Source: Promethearchaeota archaeon
GTDB lineage: Archaea > Asgardarchaeota > Thorarchaeia > Thorarchaeales > Thorarchaeaceae
Assembly: GCA_027031765.1 (NCBI GenBank)
Contig: JALVPN010000157.1
Coordinates: forward strand, 1-11,235
Length of the DNA stretch: 11,235 nt
Reading direction: 5' to 3'
Within the stretch, counting starts at the first letter, position 1, and the number at the start of each line of letters is the position of its first letter. This document shows positions 6,230 to 11,235 of the stretch, piece after piece. The position numbers were made by a program, and so were the translations under genes. The notes below the pieces were generated by a model. The model saw nothing but the letters and a program-made list of their open reading frames with translations. It was not told where the DNA came from and did no database searches.

Positions 6230-8014
6230 ATGTCTGCTCACGCCGCCGCGAGTGGTAGCCGTGTGCGCGGAGCATGGCCAGTACTGGTAGTCCTGGTCGT
6301 GCTGTGTGTTGTGACCAGTCGGTCCGTCCCCATGGCGAGTCCTGTGACCACTACAGGCACAGGTGCGTCCGGCCATGTCCGGGCCCAGCTCCCAAGGACA
6401 GTGCGCCTTGTTGTTGACTACTCCCACGGTCAGAGGTACGACCCGACGTACTACATGGACGAGCACCTGTGGGACAACCTCATGCTCATGGGGTTTGAGG
6501 TCATACTTGCCACGGGCGGGCTCAATGAGACCATACTGGAGGGGGCCGATGCCCTCATGATAGCATCAGTTGTCCAAGAACAGGACATGTTCTCGGTGGC
6601 GGAGGTTGCAGCGGTCCAGTCTTGGTTCTCAGAGGGCAACAAGTTCCTGTGGGTGGCCTGCGACTGCGAGCTCAGCGGCGAGCACGTGACAAACACGTCG
6701 AATGTGGTGCTGGCTGCTGTCGGCAGCCACGTCTATGGGGAGATTGCGGCAGTGGCAGACCCTGTCCACAACGTTGATGCGAGCTACAGGGTGCTGGTGT
6801 CCGATGCGGACCGAGACCCCAGAGTCTTCGCAATGGTCGCGCCACTCACACTGCCAAGTGCGCAGGTCGTAATGCATAGCCCCACACTGGTATATGGGAG
6901 TGACAGTACAGACCCGGCCCCCGACGTGGACCCTGTGCCACTTGAGTCGCAGTCCGTCGATGGTGTCTATCCATTGCTGTACTACAGTGCCAACGCCACA
7001 GTTCTCGACGCTACACCACCACCGTCCCGTGCACACTCCGATGGTCAGACGGGACCACTCGTGGCCATGACCGCCGAGTTCGGTGCAGGGGCGTCAGGCA
7101 CCGGTGTGATTGTAGTGTCTGGCAACTCGCCCTACGGCGACTTCATGCCCATGTGCTCCGAGGAATACCGTGGTGTCGCACTCAACGGCCTGGCCCTTGT
7201 CAGACAGGTGGTCTACTTCGGTGTCCTCAATGCCCTCGACCCTGACCCACCGGTGATCACTGGGCCTGATGACCTTGCTGTCCCGTATGGCTCTACGGGG
7301 AACACGATTTTGTGGACGCTCACGGACGAGTTGCCCGGCGGCTATGAGCTCTTCAGGAATGGGACGCATGTGTTGAGTGGGCCGTGTACGTCGCAGGTCT
7401 TCAACCTGAGCGTCGACCTCGACGGTCTTGACCTCGGGACGTACAACTTCACTCTCGTGGTCTGCGACTTCGTCGGGCACACGTCTGTTGACACTGTGAT
7501 TGTTGAGGTATACTATGACCCGGCCTATGCCGATACCACCCCGCCGTCGGTCTCACAGCCTGACAATGTGACAGTGGCTGTGAACACCAGCGCCTCGGTC
7601 GTGTGGGATGTGTCTGACGACCACCCGGCACTCTATGCAGTGTACGTGGACGGGGAGATACTCATAGCCGGGCAATGGAACGCCACTATGGACACTGTCG
7701 AGTTCCAACTCGAGGGCCTCGATGTGGGCCTCCACAATGTGACCCTTGTCGTGGTGGACCTGGCCGGCAACCGGGCGTCCAGCACAGTCTGGGTCTCCGT
7801 TGTCGAGTCGACAGCTCCCGACCTGGTCTCACTGCTCGTCCAGCAGCTCCCACTCATCATCACCGCTGTGTGTGATGTCACAGTTGTGGCGTTCGGTGCC
7901 CTGACAGTCCGGGCCAGACGACGGTCACAGGTGGCGCCGTCAGCCGTACCGCAGAGTGGCAGTGACACGCCCCTTGGAGAGAGCGGTGAGGGGACGCCCC
8001 CGGTAGCAGAGTGA
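6230..8014 (+). CDS. Membrane-anchored surface glycoprotein: signal peptide + GATase-like (GIFT/DUF4350-type) domain + two Ig-like repeats + C-terminal TM helix, 594 aa
   Basis: Hydrophobic AWPVLVVLVVLCVV segment; VVDYSHGQ and FSVAEVAAVQSWFSEGNKFLWVACD patterns. Two ~90-aa repeats D..PP....PD...V.......i.W...D..P..Y.....G......G.......v.L.GLD.G..N.TL.V.D..G. TM LPLIITAVCDVTVVAFGALTV followed by RARRRS. 10 N-x-S/T sequons by my count. Start moved from 6113 to 6230 on the basis of the TATA box and signal peptide. Confidence 0.85.
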   Translation: MSAHAAASGSRVRGAWPVLVVLVVLCVVTSRSVPMASPVTTTGTGASGHVRAQLPRTVRLVVDYSHGQRYDPTYYMDEHLWDNLMLMGFEVILATGGLNETILEGADALMIASVVQEQDMFSVAEVAAVQSWFSEGNKFLWVACDCELSGEHVTNTSNVVLAAVGSHVYGEIAAVADPVHNVDASYRVLVSDADRDPRVFAMVAPLTLPSAQVVMHSPTLVYGSDSTDPAPDVDPVPLESQSVDGVYPLLYYSANATVLDATPPPSRAHSDGQTGPLVAMTAEFGAGASGTGVIVVSGNSPYGDFMPMCSEEYRGVALNGLALVRQVVYFGVLNALDPDPPVITGPDDLAVPYGSTGNTILWTLTDELPGGYELFRNGTHVLSGPCTSQVFNLSVDLDGLDLGTYNFTLVVCDFVGHTSVDTVIVEVYYDPAYADTTPPSVSQPDNVTVAVNTSASVVWDVSDDHPALYAVYVDGEILIAGQWNATMDTVEFQLEGLDVGLHNVTLVVVDLAGNRASSTVWVSVVESTAPDLVSLLVQQLPLIITAVCDVTVVAFGALTVRARRRSQVAPSAVPQSGSDTPLGESGEGTPPVAE

Positions 8015-8110
8015 CACCCCCGTACCGTGCCTGTGGTGACCACGCGGCCATCGGGCCTGCCCCATGAGGTCAGTGGGGGCCGGACAGCAGCCACACCGGG
8101 GTCCTGAAGA

Positions 8111-8147
8111 CTTAATACATGTCCCGTGTCTGGGTGGGCCCGGTGAT
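8111..8147 (+). promoter_or_regulatory. Probable TATA box (CTTAATA, 8111-8117) and RBS (GGTGAT, 8142-8147) of the NosD-like gene
   Basis: AT island in a GC-rich spacer, and an archaeal SD 3 nt before ATG 8151. Confidence 0.55.
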
Positions 8148-8150
8148 GCG

Positions 8151-10040
8151 ATGGTCTTGTGGCGCCACCGCATGCTACAGTGCGCTGTTGCAGTCCTCTG
8201 TGTCATGTGGCTGTCCTTCTGCCCCACGGCTCCTGTCCCCGAGGCCCGGGCGGCGGCTGGGGGTGGCCCGTTGAGGCCAAGTGTTGATGTCCTGTACGAG
8301 CACGACCCGATACTGGTGCAGGGCGACGGCGACTTCATAGTCCAGCACTGGTCAGGGTCTGGCACCCCGTCCGACCCCTTCGTAATCGACCGCCTGAACA
8401 TAACTGTGCCCGGGACGTGCATTGTCATCAAGCACACCCGGGCGCACTTTGTGATCCGTTGCTGCTACCTCGCCTCGCCGGACGGGCCATCGGGAAAGGG
8501 AATCGTGTTGGAGGACGTACGGAACGCACGCATCGAGGGCAACAGGGTGGTCAACAAGAGCCAGGGCATCGTGGTCAAGTCCTCTGTCGGCTGTACTGTG
8601 AGGGAGGACTACGTCGGGGGCTATGACAGTACGGGGGTCTGGGTGTTCAACTCCCGCGACACCGTGGTCGAGCGCTGCGTCATCGAGGGGCCGTCGAGGG
8701 GCACTGTCATCACCGCCTCCTCCTCGGTCACCGTTGCCACCAACACCATAGACACTGCTGGCGTGTCACTGCTCCTCTCCTCGTCAAGCGCGTGCAACCT
8801 GACCGGGAACGTGGTCTTCGGTGGTGGCCTGTTTGTCGAGGGGCAAGCAGCCCAACACTATGCCCACACTGTGGAGGGCAACACGGTCAACCGCCGGTCA
8901 CTGGGCTACTATGTCGGCCTCTACGGGGCTGACATCGATACCAATCCGTGCGGCCAGCTGTTCATTGTCCAGTGTGGCAATTCCCGTTTCTACGGCGGCT
9001 GCCTTGACCATGTGGCCATTGGTGTCTACGTCCTTGACTCTTGGAAGTGTACGGTAGAGTCAATCCGCAGTTCGTCCAACGCAAATGCCACCGCCCTGGT
9101 CATGCACTCCTATGATATCACACTGGAAGGGGCCCTCGCAAACAGGTCGGGCACGGGCTTCGAGGTCGTCTCGTCTGTGGAGTGTACCATTGCAGGTTCT
9201 GAGGCCCTCAACTGCACTGGGACGGGGATCTCGGTTGCCAGCTCGGTGGACACCAGAGTCGTCAACACCACCGCGTTGGGCTGCGCGACAGGGCTGAAGG
9301 CCGTGGGCGCCAACGGGACAGAAGTCCGGAACTGTACGTTCAGGGAGAACAGGGGCAGCGGCATCAGTATCGAGTGGTCGGGCGGTGTCCTCGTCACGGA
9401 CAGCACCACGTTGGGGAATGCCGGCCACGGCACTGAGCTGAAGGCCTGCGAGGACATTGACGTCCTCAACTGTACCAGCTCGTGGAATGGCGGCAACGGC
9501 ATCTCGCTACTGTACTGTGCGCGGTGCACCGTCAATAGCACGCGTGTCCACGACAACGACGACAACGGCATCCGCATGCGGTGTGTCACCTCCACCGTGC
9601 TCTACGACAACGACGTCATGCGCAACGGCGGCTTTGGCATCTACCTCGGTGTGTCGTGCACTGACAACCTGGTCTATGGCAACCGGATTGGTTGGAACAC
9701 CGTCGCGAATGCTGCCGACTACGGTGCTGACAACTCGTGGGACAACGGTTCCCTCGGGAACTGGTGGGACGACTACACGGGCAGTGGTACCTACGCAATC
9801 GGTGGTGCCGCAGGTTCCAACGACAGGTTCCCACACCAGCTCGTGCCCCCTCCCCCTACTGACACTCTTCCCGTAACCATCGACCCTGCGTTGGTACGTG
9901 CTGTGTCGGTGGTCAGTGCACTCTCGGTCTCGCTGCTCATAGTCATTGAGGGCTACGCCCGCAGGCACGACCGGACACGCGGGCCACGCCATCACCCTCC
10001 AGGGGCCAAGACCGGTACCACCCGCCCAACGACCACGTGA
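8151..10040 (+). CDS. Right-handed parallel beta-helix (NosD/CASH, pectin-lyase-like) surface glycoprotein with C-terminal TM anchor, 629 aa
   Basis: Signal-like MLQCAVAVLCVMWLSFC; GSGTPSDPFVID N-terminal motif; many GI.l..s....v..N....N...G repeats; archaeal NosD-type tail GNRIGWN..NA.DYG..N.WD....GNWWDDY.G.G.Y.I.G...S.DRFP; TM VRAVSVVSALSVSLLIVI followed by RRH. 12 sequons and 23 Cys by my count. Confidence 0.88.
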   Translation: MVLWRHRMLQCAVAVLCVMWLSFCPTAPVPEARAAAGGGPLRPSVDVLYEHDPILVQGDGDFIVQHWSGSGTPSDPFVIDRLNITVPGTCIVIKHTRAHFVIRCCYLASPDGPSGKGIVLEDVRNARIEGNRVVNKSQGIVVKSSVGCTVREDYVGGYDSTGVWVFNSRDTVVERCVIEGPSRGTVITASSSVTVATNTIDTAGVSLLLSSSSACNLTGNVVFGGGLFVEGQAAQHYAHTVEGNTVNRRSLGYYVGLYGADIDTNPCGQLFIVQCGNSRFYGGCLDHVAIGVYVLDSWKCTVESIRSSSNANATALVMHSYDITLEGALANRSGTGFEVVSSVECTIAGSEALNCTGTGISVASSVDTRVVNTTALGCATGLKAVGANGTEVRNCTFRENRGSGISIEWSGGVLVTDSTTLGNAGHGTELKACEDIDVLNCTSSWNGGNGISLLYCARCTVNSTRVHDNDDNGIRMRCVTSTVLYDNDVMRNGGFGIYLGVSCTDNLVYGNRIGWNTVANAADYGADNSWDNGSLGNWWDDYTGSGTYAIGGAAGSNDRFPHQLVPPPPTDTLPVTIDPALVRAVSVVSALSVSLLIVIEGYARRHDRTRGPRHHPPGAKTGTTRPTTT

Positions 10041-10277
10041 GCACCGACCATGACGGGGGCACCAGACCCGTCCGTACCGTGATACCGGCAACTGTGCACC
10101 CCGGGTAGTCCACCGCGACGTACTTTCCTGCAAGGCCCCGCTGCTCAGGACGGGCCCGGTGCGCCACCTGCAAGGTAGCGGCCATGGTCGTGGCACACCC
10201 GTCGCACTGTCCCTCTGCGGTGACCACATGGGGTCATATCACATCTGACAGGGGCTGGTCGCGCCCCTTTGACAACC

Positions 10278-10284
10278 CTTATAT
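10278..10284 (+). promoter_or_regulatory. TATA box of feoAB
   Basis: CTTATAT about 105 nt upstream of the feoA ATG, implying a ~80-nt 5' UTR. Confidence 0.65.
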
Positions 10285-10300
10285 GTTAGACGCGTCTAAC
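10285..10300. promoter_or_regulatory. Perfect 16-bp palindromic operator GTTAGACGCGTCTAAC (DtxR/MntR-like)
   Basis: Exact self-reverse-complement directly abutting the TATA box, upstream of an Fe(II) uptake operon; TTAG-N6-CTAA core. Confidence 0.7.
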
Positions 10301-10389
10301 TCGGCACGTGACTGCTGAGAGGGCCTGTCGACAGCTGTCGGGACGACTGGACCGGTGGTCAGCTCGGGGACACAGGGAGGACACATGAC

Positions 10390-10764
10390 ATGGCTACAGG
10401 GACAGGCAAGGGCGTCTGCCAGTTGACAGAAGTGCCACCGGGAACGGTGTGCCGACTGGTCGACATCGTCAACGGCAGAAGGACGGCACACCGGTACGGA
10501 GTGACACACAGGCCACTGTTCGGACGGCGGCGTCACGGCCCATGTGGGGGTGGTCATGGCCGTTGTGGTGCGGGGCACGGACGACAGCACCGGGACATGC
10601 TCACGCGTCTGCTGGACCTGGGCCTCACGCGTGGGAGCATACTCCAGGTGGTCCAGAGCACCTCTGGGGGGCCCGTACTGGTGGAGGTACGTGGTACGCG
10701 GATTGCCCTTGGTCACGGCCTTGCGAGGCGGCTGCTTGGTGAGGAGGTGAGCGCCCCGTCATGA
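10390..10764 (+). CDS. feoA: Ferrous iron transport protein A (FeoA, SH3-like) with an internal His/Cys/Arg/Gly-rich insertion, 124 aa
   Basis: LTEVPPGTVCRLVDI ... MLTRLLDLGLTRGSILQVVQSTSGGPVLVEVRGTRIALGHGLARRL; RBS GGGAGG at 10375-10380; stop overlaps the feoB start (ATGA). Confidence 0.92.
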   Translation: MATGTGKGVCQLTEVPPGTVCRLVDIVNGRRTAHRYGVTHRPLFGRRRHGPCGGGHGRCGAGHGRQHRDMLTRLLDLGLTRGSILQVVQSTSGGPVLVEVRGTRIALGHGLARRLLGEEVSAPS

Positions 10765-11235
10765 GGGTCGACGTCGCGCTGATCGGGAACCCGAACGTGG
10801 GCAAGTCGGTGGTGTTCAACAACCTGACCGGTCTGCACCAGCACACGGGCAACTGGCCGGGAAAGACTGTGGAGCGGAAGGAAGGGCACTACACGTACCG
10901 TGGCCACGAGTTCCACATCGTCGACCTGCCCGGTGTCTACAGCCTGAGCGCACTGTCCGAGGACGAGCAGGTGGCCCGTGACTACCTGGTGGAGTACCGT
11001 CCGGATGTGGTCGTGGACATAGTCAACGCGTCGCAGCTCGCACGCAACCTGTACCTCACCCTGTTGCTCATCGAGCTGCAACTGAACCTCGTGGTCGCCC
11101 TGAACATGTACGACATCGTGGAGTCCAGGGGTGACCACATCGATGTGGACGCGCTGTCCAGACGGCTCGGCGCTCCCGTCGTAGTCACCACCGCCACCAA
11201 GAAGGCCGGCATGGAAGAGCTCAAGGAGGCAATAC
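10761..11235 (+). CDS. feoB: Ferrous iron transport protein B, N-terminal GTPase domain (partial, continues beyond the window)
   Basis: Hand translation MRVDVALIGNPNVGKSVVFNNLTG...GNWPGKTVERKEG...DLPGVYSL...NLYLT...ALNMYD gives G1 GNPNVGKS, G2 NWPGKT, G3 DLPG and G4 NMYD. RBS GAGGAGGTGA at 10741-10750; coupled to feoA. Confidence 0.96.
   Translation, partial: MRVDVALIGNPNVGKSVVFNNLTGLHQHTGNWPGKTVERKEGHYTYRGHEFHIVDLPGVYSLSALSEDEQVARDYLVEYRPDVVVDIVNASQLARNLYLTLLLIELQLNLVVALNMYDIVESRGDHIDVDALSRRLGAPVVVTTATKKAGMEELKEAI

Noticed and set aside
9060-11224. Long - strand ORFs such as 9507..10229 (240 aa), 10279..10716 and 10713..11138
   Set aside because: Antisense shadows of the NosD-like gene, feoA and feoB with no recognisable domain.

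Overview
GC-rich archaeal chromosomal segment. The archaeal call rests on TATA-type promoters, GGTGA/GAGGTGA ribosome-binding sites, an archaeal-type tRNA-Cys and an archaeal-type peroxiredoxin. The surface-protein style suggests Asgard/Thorarchaeota, but that is inference only. The window has two divergent arms meeting at an AT-rich ~100-bp spacer (5022-5119). Leftward (- strand): Prx6-type peroxiredoxin, tRNA-Cys(GCA), cysteinyl-tRNA synthetase (cysS), and a secreted seven-blade SBBP beta-propeller protein that runs off the left edge and is missing from the ORF track. Rightward (+ strand): PerR-like Fur-family regulator, a 95-aa possible winged-helix protein, two membrane-anchored surface proteins with many N-glycosylation sequons (GATase-like/GIFT domain + 2 Ig-like repeats; NosD-type beta-helix), then feoA and the 5' part of feoB, also missing from the ORF track. 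No mobile element or CRISPR array was seen. The most interesting signals: (i) the same palindrome GGCAACwATTGC sits at an identical offset upstream of the TATA boxes of both tRNA-Cys and cysS, suggesting a dedicated co-regulator; (ii) FeoA carries a ~38-aa His/Cys/Arg/Gly-rich insertion with a CGxGHGR tandem repeat; (iii) tRNA-Cys has a non-canonical elbow (A18/G55 in place of G18/U55); (iv) a duplicated hairpin with a compensatory base change lies between tRNA-Cys and cysS; (v) there is a Per-box-like array in the prx/perR spacer and a perfect 16-bp DtxR/MntR-like palindrome abutting the feoAB TATA box.
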